NCBI GenBank assembly: GCA_963848295.1
Contig: CAWKDB010000010.1
Coordinates: forward strand, 3,840,001 to 3,904,000
DNA length: 64,000 nucleotides
From: an uncultured delta proteobacterium
GTDB taxonomy: Bacteria > Myxococcota_A > Polyangia > Haliangiales > Haliangiaceae
Direction of reading: 5' to 3'
Shown: piece by piece, positions 51,264 to 61,264 of the stretch
How positions within the stretch are numbered: the stretch's first letter is position 1
Layout of the letters: each line of letters begins with the position of its first letter
Notes under the pieces: generated by a model
What the model saw: the letters and a program-made list of their open reading frames with translations, nothing else
Database searches by the model: none
What the model was told of the DNA's origin: nothing
Position numbers and translations under genes: made by a program

Positions 51264-53663
51264 ATGGCGAACGACGGTCCGGCTGCAAAGACCGACATCT
51301 CTGCGGACGGGACGCTCGAGATGCCGGCGGCGGATCGCGGACGGGATTCTGACTTGCCGCACTCGTTCGGCAGGTTCGTGATCGATTCGCGGCTCGGGCA
51401 GGGCGGCATGGGCATCGTGTTCGCCGGCCACGACGCGGACCTCGGCCGCCAGGTCGCGATCAAGGTGCTGCGGCCCGAGCTCGGCCACTTGCGCGAGCGG
51501 CTGTTGCGCGAGGCGCGTGCGATGGCTCGAGTCGAGCACCCGAACGTCGTACGAGTCTACGAGGTCGGCACCGATGCGGCGAACGTGTTCGTCGCGATGG
51601 AGCTGATCGATGGCACGACCCTCGACGAGTGGTTGGGTGAGCCGCGCGGCTGGGAAGCCGTGGTCGCGATGTTCCGCCAAGTCGGCGAGGGTCTGCGCGC
51701 CGTGCACCGCGCCGAGCTCGTGCATCGCGACTTCAAGCCGCAGAACGTGCTCGTCGACCGCGCCGGCATCGCGCGCGTCGCCGACTTCGGGCTGGTGCGG
51801 CACGAGACCGACGACGCGTCACCGCTCGGCGCGACGCTGACCCAGACCGGCGCGATGATGGGTACTCCGGGCTACATGGCGCCCGAGCAGCAGTTCGGCG
51901 GCGAGGTCGACGCGCGCGCCGATCAGTACAGCTTTTGCGTCGCGCTGCGCGAGGCACTCGGCGGCCGACCGTTCGACGAGGCGCGCTGGCGGCTCGTGCC
52001 GGCGGGCGTGCGCGATGCGATCGGGCGCGGGCTGTTGTTCGACGCGGCGGACCGCTGGCCGTCGCTCGACGGATTACTCGGTGTGCTCTCCGATCTCGGC
52101 CCGGACGCAACGGTCGCAATGGCGACGGTCGATCCACCGCGGCGGCGCCGCCGCCTTGGCGTGGTTATCGCTGGAGCGGCGATCGGCGCCGTGGCGTTGG
52201 CCGCGACCGTGATCGCGCTCGCGGCCCGCGGCTCGACGAACAGCGACTCGCGACAGACGCAATCGCTTGCCGCCGTCGCCGCGATCACGCCGACGCGAGA
52301 CGCCGAAGTTGCGGCCGCCGCGGTGGTGTTACCACCGGCGACCGTGATCGATGGCGTCGCTGCTCCTATCGATGCCGGCGCTGTTCCGGCCGAGCCCGAC
52401 GGCTCGCTACGCGATCGCGCGCGGCTCGCGCTGATCCGCAAGACGGTGCACGACCTCGGCTACGTCGGGCTCGATCTCGCGCGGCTCGATGCAGCACCCG
52501 AGGTGGTCCGGCGCACCCTCGATCAGAAACTTGCGACGGCTCAGGGCGTCGATGCCGCGATCGCGCGCGTCCAGCTCGGCATGACGCTGCGCCGCGGCGG
52601 CGATTGCTCGGCGGCAGACGCGGCTTGGAAGAAGGCGGTCGCGGGGCTCGCACGCCACGGCGCGACCGCGATCTGGGTCGCGCGCGGTCACACCGGCTTG
52701 GCGCTGTGCGCCCTCGAGCGCGGCGACATGGAGACCGCCGACGACCAGGCGAAGGCGGGCTGGGGACTCGGCGACGGCGACGATCCGGAGCTGCACCTGG
52801 TCAGCGCGATCGCGACCTACGAGCTCGACGGCAAAGGGCACGCCGAGTTGTTCGTGAACGACATCATGAGCAGCACCCAGTCCCCAGCGGTGAAGCGGCT
52901 GACAGAGCAATGGCTCGCAGGCGTCGGCTGGAAGTTTGTCTCTCTGGACGAGTCGGTCGAGAAGGTCCGCCGCGAAACCGCCGCAGACGCCGCGGCGAAG
53001 ACAGTTGCGGTTGCGAAGCCCGATGCCGGCATCGGTCACGGTGCCGCTCCGGGCGAAATGCCATTCTCGGTAGCGCCACTGCCGCCGCCCGTGCCGCGAG
53101 CAATTCCGCCGAGACTACCCGCGGCGACGGTCGGCGATCCCGGCCATCTCCCGGTGCTGCGCGCGACGATCCGCGACCTCGGGTACATCGGCGTCGACGT
53201 CGCGGCGATCGACAAGGCTCCGGAACGTAGCCAACGCGAAGCCGAGCAGCGGGTCGCCTCGATGCCGGCCGGCGGGCCGCGAGCGAGCGCCGAGTACGAT
53301 CTCGCGATGATCATGCGCCGGCGCGGCGACTGCAACCACGCGTTGGTGACGTGGACCGAGGCGTTGGAGGTGTTCGATCACGACAAGCTCGGCAAAGTCC
53401 TGGCGGCGCGCTCGCGGTTCGGCATCGCGCTATGCGACCTCGCGGATGGCAACGGTTTCGCTGCGAAGGACATGCTCGGGCGCGCGTGGCTCGATGGTGA
53501 CCAGCGCCAGATCAAGTTTGCGATGGCGCTCGCAGCCTACGAACGCGGGGAACGCCCGCTCGCGCAAGCGATGATGATCGCCGCCGAGCACGAAGGCGGG
53601 ACGAACGTGAATGCGGCGCTCAAGACGTGGCTCGCGGGGACGGGGCTCACGTTGATGCCGTGA
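51264..53663 (+). CDS. Membrane Ser/Thr protein kinase with duplicated TPR-like extracytoplasmic module
   Basis: LGQGGMG, VAIK, HRDFKPQN, DFG, GTPGYMAPE; TM; repeated DLGY(V/I)G unit. Confidence 0.92.
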   Translation: MANDGPAAKTDISADGTLEMPAADRGRDSDLPHSFGRFVIDSRLGQGGMGIVFAGHDADLGRQVAIKVLRPELGHLRERLLREARAMARVEHPNVVRVYEVGTDAANVFVAMELIDGTTLDEWLGEPRGWEAVVAMFRQVGEGLRAVHRAELVHRDFKPQNVLVDRAGIARVADFGLVRHETDDASPLGATLTQTGAMMGTPGYMAPEQQFGGEVDARADQYSFCVALREALGGRPFDEARWRLVPAGVRDAIGRGLLFDAADRWPSLDGLLGVLSDLGPDATVAMATVDPPRRRRRLGVVIAGAAIGAVALAATVIALAARGSTNSDSRQTQSLAAVAAITPTRDAEVAAAAVVLPPATVIDGVAAPIDAGAVPAEPDGSLRDRARLALIRKTVHDLGYVGLDLARLDAAPEVVRRTLDQKLATAQGVDAAIARVQLGMTLRRGGDCSAADAAWKKAVAGLARHGATAIWVARGHTGLALCALERGDMETADDQAKAGWGLGDGDDPELHLVSAIATYELDGKGHAELFVNDIMSSTQSPAVKRLTEQWLAGVGWKFVSLDESVEKVRRETAADAAAKTVAVAKPDAGIGHGAAPGEMPFSVAPLPPPVPRAIPPRLPAATVGDPGHLPVLRATIRDLGYIGVDVAAIDKAPERSQREAEQRVASMPAGGPRASAEYDLAMIMRRRGDCNHALVTWTEALEVFDHDKLGKVLAARSRFGIALCDLADGNGFAAKDMLGRAWLDGDQRQIKFAMALAAYERGERPLAQAMMIAAEHEGGTNVNAALKTWLAGTGLTLMP

Positions 53664-53671
53664 TCCGTGCT

Positions 53672-53730
53672 GGGGACGCTGTCTCTTTTGTCACCTTGTG
53701 GCGCAAGTTGACAAAAGAGACAGCGTCCCC
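53672..53730. repeat. REP-like 22-bp inverted repeat between convergent genes
   Basis: GGGGACGCTGTCTCTTTTGTCA-N15-TGACAAAAGAGACAGCGTCCCC. Confidence 0.9.
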
Positions 53731-53746
53731 CCCCCAACTCACCAAT

Positions 53747-54466
53747 TCAGTCGTCGCGGAGTAGGCGGCGAGCGGCTTCGCGCACCGCGGCACTGTAGGC
53801 AGTTTGCAGTGTCGCGAGCTTGAGCTCCGCCTTGGGCATCACGCGCAAGATGCGCAGGATCTGATCGGCGCCGAGCCGCGGGTTCGTGAGCAGCGCGCGG
53901 CGGACCTCGCCGATCTGCAGCCAGCCGCCGTTGTTGACGATCTGCTCGACGAGGATCTTGGGCAGCTGACCCATCCTCGCGATCCGCGCGACCTCGGGCC
54001 CGGTGATCCGCGGGTTGCGCAGCAGGCCCTCCCACACCGTCTTGCCGTAGATCCGCTCGAGCACGATCCGCTCGCTCGCCTCGCCGGTGTGCGCCATCTT
54101 GACCTGTTGAGCGAGCGTGAGGCCGCGCAATCGCTCGTGGACGTTGAGCGCGATCTTGCGCTCCGCATCCGTCTGCTCCGGCTCGGGCTCCTCGGCCTCG
54201 GGCTTCGTCGGCAGCACGATCGCGGCGAGCTCGGCGATCCTCTGCTTGTGCTCGGCGTCGCACTCGAGCTGTAAGCCCGCGCCGTTCGCATCGACGTAGA
54301 CCACGCGCGCCGGGACGCGCAGCTCGTCGCCCGCGCCGGTGACCACGAGGTCGCAATCGGTGTTGAGCGCGATCGCGGCGCCGGGCACGAACACGCCGCC
54401 GGCGACGAGGTCGCGCGCGAGCTCGTGGTGACCCGCGAGATCGAGCATCACGACCGGCCGAGCCAT
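53747..54466 (-). CDS. PilZ-like N-terminal domain plus helical repeat domain
   Basis: DLVAGGVFV...ARVVY...GAGLQ; LLRNPR/LLTNPR repeats. Confidence 0.6.
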   Translation of the reverse strand: MARPVVMLDLAGHHELARDLVAGGVFVPGAAIALNTDCDLVVTGAGDELRVPARVVYVDANGAGLQLECDAEHKQRIAELAAIVLPTKPEAEEPEPEQTDAERKIALNVHERLRGLTLAQQVKMAHTGEASERIVLERIYGKTVWEGLLRNPRITGPEVARIARMGQLPKILVEQIVNNGGWLQIGEVRRALLTNPRLGADQILRILRVMPKAELKLATLQTAYSAAVREAARRLLRDD

Positions 54467-54484
54467 GCTCGACCATTGTACGCG

Positions 54485-55636
54485 TTACTCGATGAGGATG
54501 CGCTGTGCGACCGAGGCGCCGGGACCGCTCGGTGCGTCGTCGAGGTACTGGCGCGCGACCTGCCGGCAGCGATCGTCGATCGCGGCGAGACAGCGGATGC
54601 GTAGCCGCAGCCACAAGCCGAGGGCGTACTGGGCACCGCCACGGCGTTCGACGACGCTGTCCAGCGTGTGATCGGCTTCGGCGTCGCGGCCGAGCTTCAA
54701 GTGCTGCACGACCGCCATGCTGTAGAGGTTCTCTCGCTTCACGCCGTAGTCGTCACTATGCGCGACGTTGCCGACGTAGAAGCTGATCGCGGCTTGCGGG
54801 TCAGTCGTGGGGGCATCGATGACGACGTTGACCGGTACTTGACGAATCGCCGCCTTGAGATCGCCGTACGTCATCGTGTGCGCCGGATCGATCGGCCGCT
54901 TCGCCGCGGAGCCGGTCGTCGCGTTGTCGTTCGGCGGATGCGCGCTCGGATGCGCCGCGGGGTCGGGTACCGCCGCATGATGATCGCGCAACGATGGATC
55001 GTCGACCTCGATCGGCGAGGTCGGCGTCGGCCCGGCGAGCGCGATCAATCCGCCGGTCGAGCTCCATTCGTTGCCGGCCGCGACCTTCGCGACGTCGCTC
55101 GCGCGCTCGACCCGCACGATGCCCTCGGCGACGCGCACGACGACGCGGTTCTTGCCGTCGTACTCGACCGAGAACTTCGTGCCGACGACGACGACGTGGG
55201 TATCGCCGGCGTGGACCTCGAATCGTGGGCGACCGTGACGCTTCGCGACTGACAAGCTGACCTTGCCGAGCGCGAGCTCGACCGTGACGCCGCCGTCGGG
55301 CCGCACGACCTCGAAGTGCGTCGCGGGATCGCTCGTGATCGTCGCGTCGCCGATGTCGAGCGTCGAGTGCTGCGCGTCGGTCGACACCGCGACGGTGTGC
55401 GCGCCGATCGTCACCGGCGTGCTCGCGATGGTCGTCGCGGCACCGGGATGCAGCGCGTAACCGACGACGCCAGCCGCGACCACAGCGAGCGCAGCGGCGG
55501 AGAACGCGAACAAGCGACGCGGTGACCGATGCGACAGCTGCGCGCGTTCAGCGGCGCCGGTGACGATGTTGCGTTCGATGCGAACGAGTCGATCGTCGTC
55601 GAGTGGCTCGACCGGGATGCGCCCTTGCAACTTCAC
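54485..55636 (-). CDS. FecR-domain anti-sigma factor
   Basis: TM, VVVVGTKFSV, VRVAEGIVRV; GTGA overlap with the ECF gene. Confidence 0.85.
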   Translation of the reverse strand: MKLQGRIPVEPLDDDRLVRIERNIVTGAAERAQLSHRSPRRLFAFSAAALAVVAAGVVGYALHPGAATTIASTPVTIGAHTVAVSTDAQHSTLDIGDATITSDPATHFEVVRPDGGVTVELALGKVSLSVAKRHGRPRFEVHAGDTHVVVVGTKFSVEYDGKNRVVVRVAEGIVRVERASDVAKVAAGNEWSSTGGLIALAGPTPTSPIEVDDPSLRDHHAAVPDPAAHPSAHPPNDNATTGSAAKRPIDPAHTMTYGDLKAAIRQVPVNVVIDAPTTDPQAAISFYVGNVAHSDDYGVKRENLYSMAVVQHLKLGRDAEADHTLDSVVERRGGAQYALGLWLRLRIRCLAAIDDRCRQVARQYLDDAPSGPGASVAQRILIE

Positions 55637-56247
55637 GTGGCCTCCTGGGTCGAACGCGCCGCGGCTGGATCGAGGAACTCGCCGAGCACCGGGTCGGCCG
55701 CCGCCGCGAGCTCGATCTTCTTGCGGGCGCGCCACACCCGCAGCTTCGTCGCAGTCACCGACGACCCGACGAGCTCGGCGACCTCCGACAGCGGGCGGCC
55801 ATCGATCTCGTGCAACGTGAACGCGAGCCGCGCCGCCGGCGACAATTCTTCGAGCGCCGCGTAGAGCCGCTTGATGCCATCGCGCGCGAGCTGGCGGTTC
55901 GCACCGGGCCCTTCGGCTGGCGAAGGTGCGTCAGCGTCCTCGGTCAGGGGATCGGTCTGGACGCGCCGGCCGCGCTGCGACAAGTAGCGATATGCTGCAC
56001 GCACCGCTACGCGATCGATCCACGTCGCGAGGCTCGCCTCCGCGCGCCAACCGCGCAGCGATTGGAACACCTGGAGAAATGCCTCTTGGAGTAAGTCGTC
56101 CATGTCGCGATTGGTGCCGAGCACGCGATACAAGCTCGCGTGGACGCGACCGCGGTGGCGTCGAAACAGCTCGCGCGTAGCGGCGGGCTCGCCGGTCAGA
56201 CACCGGTCCACCAACAACACGTCATCGACGTACGCCGCAGCCGTCAC
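55633..56247 (-). CDS. ECF sigma factor
   Basis: DDLLQEAF, ATWI, EVAELVG...KLRVWRAR. Confidence 0.92.
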   Translation of the reverse strand: MTAAAYVDDVLLVDRCLTGEPAATRELFRRHRGRVHASLYRVLGTNRDMDDLLQEAFLQVFQSLRGWRAEASLATWIDRVAVRAAYRYLSQRGRRVQTDPLTEDADAPSPAEGPGANRQLARDGIKRLYAALEELSPAARLAFTLHEIDGRPLSEVAELVGSSVTATKLRVWRARKKIELAAAADPVLGEFLDPAAARSTQEAT

Positions 56248-56320
56248 GCCACTACATCGTGCACGACAACCGGCCCGCGGTTACAGCTCGCGACGTCGGT
56301 CGGGCGCTCCGCCGGCCTTC

Positions 56321-56411
56321 CGGTTGACAAAGTGAACACCGTCCCCAGTTAACGCCCTAATTTCTTTGGCTTTCGCTTCGGCTGGCGGTTGACAGAGTGA
56401 ACACCGTCCCC
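56321..56411 (+). repeat. 26-bp direct repeat pair related to the 53.7 kb REP-like arm
   Basis: CGGTTGACA(A/G)AGTGAACACCGTCCCC at 56321-56346 and 56386-56411. Confidence 0.9.
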
Positions 56412-57029
56412 GTCGAGCGGACCTGGGCAGATGTCTCGTAGCTTGCACGCCCGACACTCACCCCCAGTCCAAACTTGCTCGTACATGGCCTGGAGCTGGT
56501 CGAGCAGCGGGCCGTCGTCGGTGACGATGCCGATCTCGAAGTTGCGGCGGCCGCTGCCTTTGGCGCCGAGGCCGGCACCGGTCCAGTTCGCGCTGCCGAG
56601 GTAGACGAGCTCGCCATCGACGATGACGAGCTTCATGTGGACGCGCGGACAGCGGCGCAATGCGAGGCCGCCATCGCCGAGGAGGCGAGGGTGGCGTTGC
56701 AGCTCGCGGCGGAATGGGCCGGATGGGAGCTCGGCGTGGAGGATGCGGAGCTCGACGCCGCGGCGCGCGAGCTCGTCGAGTTGAGCGAGCACCGAGACGT
56801 AGCGGCCAGAGCCAGAGGACGATCGCATCGTGCGGCGCCGGCCCGGTACCGCACGCGCGTCTTCGACCATCAGCTCTTTCGTGTTCGCGGTCGCGATCCA
56901 CACGCTGACCTTCGCGGCGAGCACCGCCGCGATCACGCGTTCGTAGTGCGCGCGGCCGGCGACGAGCTCGAGCGCGACTTCGCGCGCCGGCTGGTGAACG
57001 TCGAGCGGGCTGGCGTGGCGCTCGCTCAC
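56349..57029 (-). CDS. Single-HKD phospholipase D/nuclease-family protein with C-terminal Cys cluster
   Basis: HMKLVIVD...GSANWT, NFE, CRACKLRDIC. Confidence 0.85.
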   Translation of the reverse strand: MSERHASPLDVHQPAREVALELVAGRAHYERVIAAVLAAKVSVWIATANTKELMVEDARAVPGRRRTMRSSSGSGRYVSVLAQLDELARRGVELRILHAELPSGPFRRELQRHPRLLGDGGLALRRCPRVHMKLVIVDGELVYLGSANWTGAGLGAKGSGRRNFEIGIVTDDGPLLDQLQAMYEQVWTGGECRACKLRDICPGPLDGDGVHSVNRQPKRKPKKLGR

Positions 57030-57835
57030 GAAGCGCCGAGGATCGAGGGCGTCGACACGCAGTGTCCGCCGTCGACGACGAGCACGTGACCGCTGACGTA
57101 GGCCGCGGCGGGCGAGCGCAGGTAGACCGCGGCGGCGGCGATCTCGTCGATCGTGCCGAATCGACCCACCGGGATCGCCGCGCCGAGCTTGGTCGTGAAG
57201 TCGCCCGGTGGCGCGAGCCGGCGCATGCCTTCGGTGTCGCCGATCGGACCCGGTGCGATCGCGCACGCGCGGATTCCGAACCCGCCCCACTCGACCGCGA
57301 GGTTGCGCGTCAACGCATCGACGCCGGCCTTCGCCGCGGCGGCGTGCGCTTGCAACGGCGTGCCGTGGTAGTGCAGCGTCGCGCTGATGTTGAGCACGAG
57401 GCCGGTGCCGCTCGAGCACAGCGACTCGAACGCGGCCCGTGACGCCAAGAATGTGCCGTTGAGATCGATGTCGATCACGGTGCGAAACGCGTTCGGCGAC
57501 AGCGACGCAACCGGCGCGAGGAAGTTTCCGGCGGCGCCGTTGACCAGCGTGTCGAGCTTGCCGAACTTCGCGACGCACGCCGCGACCGCGCGCGCGATCG
57601 CGTCCGGATCTCGGACATCGGCCGCGACTGCGAGGACCTCGCGCCCGGTCTCGGCGCCGAGCTCGGCGGCGGTCTTGTCGAGCACGTCTTGCTTGCGACT
57701 GACGATGCAGACGTCGGCGCCGAACCGCGCGTAGGCATGTGCGATACCGCGGCAGATGCCGGTACCGCCGCCGGTAATCAGCGCGACCCGGCCGGCGAGC
57801 ACACCGTCGCGAAACACGTCGAGGGGACCAGTCAT
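57026..57835 (-). CDS. SDR oxidoreductase, 2,4-dienoyl-CoA reductase-like
   Basis: TGGGTGI, NGAAGNF, NISAT, IAPGPI. Confidence 0.88.
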   Translation of the reverse strand: MTGPLDVFRDGVLAGRVALITGGGTGICRGIAHAYARFGADVCIVSRKQDVLDKTAAELGAETGREVLAVAADVRDPDAIARAVAACVAKFGKLDTLVNGAAGNFLAPVASLSPNAFRTVIDIDLNGTFLASRAAFESLCSSGTGLVLNISATLHYHGTPLQAHAAAAKAGVDALTRNLAVEWGGFGIRACAIAPGPIGDTEGMRRLAPPGDFTTKLGAAIPVGRFGTIDEIAAAAVYLRSPAAAYVSGHVLVVDGGHCVSTPSILGAS

Positions 57836-57986
57836 TCGGGGATCTTGCACGTCCGTGCAGAAATCTGAAACCGCGGGCGAGGGTCGTTGTCTATCTCTGC
57901 GAACACCGACGGCGCCGCTGCAATCCCGCAGCGCAGCGACAGGTGTCCGGGCGCGCCGCGCGTCCGGTTTCCACTGGAGTCTTGCC

Positions 57987-58361
57987 ATGCGATCCACTCA
58001 TTGGGCGCGCTGGGCGACCTGCGCCCTCGCCATCACGATTCTCGCTCCTGTTGCGTTCGCCGATCGCGGCGGCAAGAAGTCGCTGTCGGAGTGCACCGCG
58101 TTCGACCAGGCCGACAAGGGCGACTCGCAAGTCGAGTTCACCGTCCACAACAGCTGCACGATCCCGGTCGACTGCTCGATCTCGTGGCGCGTCGTGTGCG
58201 CCCCCGAGTCGCGCAAGCGCCGCGCCGTCCACCCCGGCTCGATGAAGCTCGCCCTGACCGAAGCGTCGATGCAGAGCACCGCTGCGTCGGCGTCGGTGTG
58301 CGGCGACGACTCGTGGGCGATCGATCAAGTCGTGTGGAACTGCAGCCCGAACAAGGACTGA
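57987..58361 (+). CDS. Small secreted Cys-rich protein
   Basis: Signal peptide ending VAFA, six Cys in the mature part. Confidence 0.7.
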   Translation: MRSTHWARWATCALAITILAPVAFADRGGKKSLSECTAFDQADKGDSQVEFTVHNSCTIPVDCSISWRVVCAPESRKRRAVHPGSMKLALTEASMQSTAASASVCGDDSWAIDQVVWNCSPNKD

Positions 58362-58579
58362 CCGTGAAATCGACGGGTTGCGGGTGCGACCCCGTCCGAG
58401 TTGCACATTCAGCACCACGTTAGATCGCCCGAGCCGTTCCCGCGTTTGTACCTGCGAGAACAAGCCCCGAGCTGAAAGCCAGATCGAGTCGGCGCCCGAA
58501 CAGGCGCCAAGTGCCCGATCTCGCTCACCTCGCGCCTTGGTCTCTCGACTGGTACACGTAGTATAAGGAACCCGGGCTC

Positions 58580-60142
58580 ATGGCCGATAACCTCGACATC
58601 GACGCGCTGCTGATCGGCGCCCTCTACGGCGAGCTCACGCCCGCCGACGAGGCCCGGCTGTCAGCGCACCTCGAGTCGCACCCGGCGGACCGCTCGGCGC
58701 TCGATGATCTGACCCGCGCTCGGGCCGCTGTCCGCGATAGCCAGATCTTCGCGGCCCAGCTCGAGCCGCCGCAAGCGGTGTCGGCGCGGTTGCTCCAAGA
58801 GGCCGCACGCCGGGCGCCGAAACGCGTCACGCGTCGCGACGGCAGCACCGAAACCGAAGGCTGGTTCGCTCGGTTTGTCCGCACGTTCGCCTCGCATCCT
58901 GCTGTTGCCGCGGCGGCGATGCTCGTCGTCGTGATCGGCGTCGCCGGTACGATCTACCTCCGCAACGGCGACCCGTACGTCGACAAGGTCGCGCCCGCAG
59001 AGTCACGACAGGAGTCGACCGCGGACAGAGCCGGGCCGACCGAGGCCGCGACTGCGCGTCGCGCAACCGACCCGTCTAATCCCGAAGGTGCAACGAAAGT
59101 AGCGGATCAGCCGCAGGTGGCAGCGACGGCGCCCACCAACGAGCAAGCCGATAAGCTCGACGCGGAGAAAGCGCAACTCGGTCAGGTCGGCTCGGCGACC
59201 GCGTACGACGTGAAGCTCGAGAAGAGTCTCGATGGCCACGGCGGCGCCAAGGGCCGAGCGATCTCGGCCGGGCCGACGGGCACTGTCCAGAAAGATGGGT
59301 TCGTCGACCTCGGCGGCCCCACCGGCGGCTCGACAGCTGGCGATGCGTTTCGCCATGCTGCACCGGCGCATGCCGCGAGCGCGAAGCCGGCGCGTGCGCT
59401 AGAGGTCGACCACTACGATCCGTCGCCGAAAGAGCTCGGCGATATCGATCGGACGGACGACGCCTCCGCAGCGAAGGCCAACGGGGGTGCGCCGCGCGAC
59501 GGCGTGCCGCAACGCCAGCAGACCGGCAACGCTGGTGGCCCCGATACCACGGCGCGGTTCGCCAGCGGTGCGACGTTCGACGAAGAGAAGCCGACCACGC
59601 CGGCGCCGATCGTGGCGACGCCGCGGGCGAGCGTGAGCGCCGTCGCCTCGGGTGCACCCGCGGCTGCGCCGCCGCCGTCCGCCACCGCGCAGCATGCAGC
59701 GATCTCCGCGAAAGCCGCGCCGCCGAAAGCCGCTTACAAGACCGAGACCAAAACGATCGCGAAGAACGAGCCCGGTTCCGGTGGCGCGCCCGCTCAAGCG
59801 CCGCGCGCCGACACCAGCAAAGACAAGAAGTCGGCCGACGACGCTCGCGCGCCCGACGCAAAGAAACCCGCGCCGGTCGACGACAAGCTCATCGCGTGGG
59901 CGAAGAGCCGCCACGCCGCGGCGCAAGGCCTCGCGAAAGACGGCAAGTGCCAAGACGTCGGGGCGATCATCGCCGATGTCGCGCAGCGCGCACCGGACTA
60001 CTACAACCAGTTCGTCGCGACCGATCGGTCGTTGAAGCAATGCCAGGCGTATATCGCCGCCGAGCGCGAGAGGAACGCCGACAAGGCGAGCAAGTCGCGC
60101 GCGAAGGCTGCGGCTCCCGCCGCCAGCGAAGACATGCACTGA
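58580..60142 (+). CDS. Anti-sigma-like membrane protein (degenerate zf-HC2, long low-complexity periplasmic region)
   Basis: LYGELTP...AHLESHPADR, single TM. Confidence 0.65.
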   Translation: MADNLDIDALLIGALYGELTPADEARLSAHLESHPADRSALDDLTRARAAVRDSQIFAAQLEPPQAVSARLLQEAARRAPKRVTRRDGSTETEGWFARFVRTFASHPAVAAAAMLVVVIGVAGTIYLRNGDPYVDKVAPAESRQESTADRAGPTEAATARRATDPSNPEGATKVADQPQVAATAPTNEQADKLDAEKAQLGQVGSATAYDVKLEKSLDGHGGAKGRAISAGPTGTVQKDGFVDLGGPTGGSTAGDAFRHAAPAHAASAKPARALEVDHYDPSPKELGDIDRTDDASAAKANGGAPRDGVPQRQQTGNAGGPDTTARFASGATFDEEKPTTPAPIVATPRASVSAVASGAPAAAPPPSATAQHAAISAKAAPPKAAYKTETKTIAKNEPGSGGAPAQAPRADTSKDKKSADDARAPDAKKPAPVDDKLIAWAKSRHAAAQGLAKDGKCQDVGAIIADVAQRAPDYYNQFVATDRSLKQCQAYIAAERERNADKASKSRAKAAAPAASEDMH

Positions 60143-60170
60143 GCGCTCGAAGCCACGGGACGCCGGAACT

Positions 60171-61253
60171 CTAGGTCCGCGGTCGCAGCCACTGGGCGAT
60201 CACGGGCGGCGCGACTCGCAGCGCGCTGTCCGAGGGCGGCGGCAGGACCGCGGTCGATTTCGTCGCCCAGAACAACAGCGGCTCGATACCGCGCGCGTGC
60301 AAGCGCGGCAACGCCGCCGCGGCCTTCGCCGAATAGACGCCGTCGAGCCGCGGTGCATTCGGCGAGCTGCGCTGCGCGGCGAGCGCGTCAGCGGCGCGCG
60401 GTGTCAGCCTGCCGTAACCGGCGCCGAGCTCGCGGCCGTCGACGACCAGCCCGTCGAGCAGTGCGCGCATGCTCGCACCGACTGCGGGACCGCCGAGCTT
60501 CTCGATGCGCGCGAGCGTCGCAGCCGCGAGCACGGCGATGCCGAGCTTCGAGGTCACGGGCCACGGCGTCACACGCACGGCATGGACGATCGGCAGCGGC
60601 CAGCGCCACATTCCGATCGCGCGCGCGAGCTGCAATCCCGCGAGTAAGCCCGCGGTCGTGCACGTACTGCCGACCGCGACGACGATCCGGACCGGCGGCG
60701 GCGCGACCTTCGCCGCGAGCTGTTCGGCGAGCTCGAGCACGGCCGACACCGCGCCGAGCGTCCCGATCGTCGAGGCTCCGCCGGGCGGCATCACGAGCGC
60801 GCGCCCGCCGCGGTCGCCGATCAAGCGTTCGCGGGCGGCGACGGCGAGGCCGACGAACGGAATCTCGACGACCGATCGCAACCTCACGATCGCGCACCCG
60901 CTCGCGATCAGCGCGCCGGCGTTCTCGATCGCCCACTCGCTCGCAGGCTGCGGAAACACGATCGCCCCGGCATCGAGGCCGATCGCCCGCGCGTGCAGCA
61001 CCGTCGCGATCGCATGGTTCGATCCGTAGGCGCCGATCGCCCACAGCTTGCGCGCGCCGGCTGCCTGCGCGTGCCCGAGCCACGCTTCGAGCGTGCGGAC
61101 CTTGTTGCCGCCGTAGCGCCCGCTGGAGTCGCCCTCGCGCTTGACCCACACGGGGGCGCCGCCGAGCGCGACCGGATCGAGCGGCGTCGGCCAGTCTCCG
61201 AGCGTCACCCACGGCACGCGCAGCCCCGGCAGATGGCGGGCAAGCGAGCTCAA
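60171..61253 (-). CDS. PLP-dependent D-cysteine desulfhydrase/ACC deaminase family protein (start uncertain)
   Basis: WVKRE, YGGNKVR, GSNH, VGST, LDGVYSAK. Confidence 0.82.
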   Translation of the reverse strand: MSSLARHLPGLRVPWVTLGDWPTPLDPVALGGAPVWVKREGDSSGRYGGNKVRTLEAWLGHAQAAGARKLWAIGAYGSNHAIATVLHARAIGLDAGAIVFPQPASEWAIENAGALIASGCAIVRLRSVVEIPFVGLAVAARERLIGDRGGRALVMPPGGASTIGTLGAVSAVLELAEQLAAKVAPPPVRIVVAVGSTCTTAGLLAGLQLARAIGMWRWPLPIVHAVRVTPWPVTSKLGIAVLAAATLARIEKLGGPAVGASMRALLDGLVVDGRELGAGYGRLTPRAADALAAQRSSPNAPRLDGVYSAKAAAALPRLHARGIEPLLFWATKSTAVLPPPSDSALRVAPPVIAQWLRPRT

Positions 61254-61264
61254 CCGGGCACTAC

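Noticed and set aside
56321..56411. Mini CRISPR array (26-bp repeat, 39-bp spacer)
   Set aside because: Only two repeats, no cas genes, one copy inside a CDS, and a related sequence forms a REP-like inverted repeat at 53.7 kb
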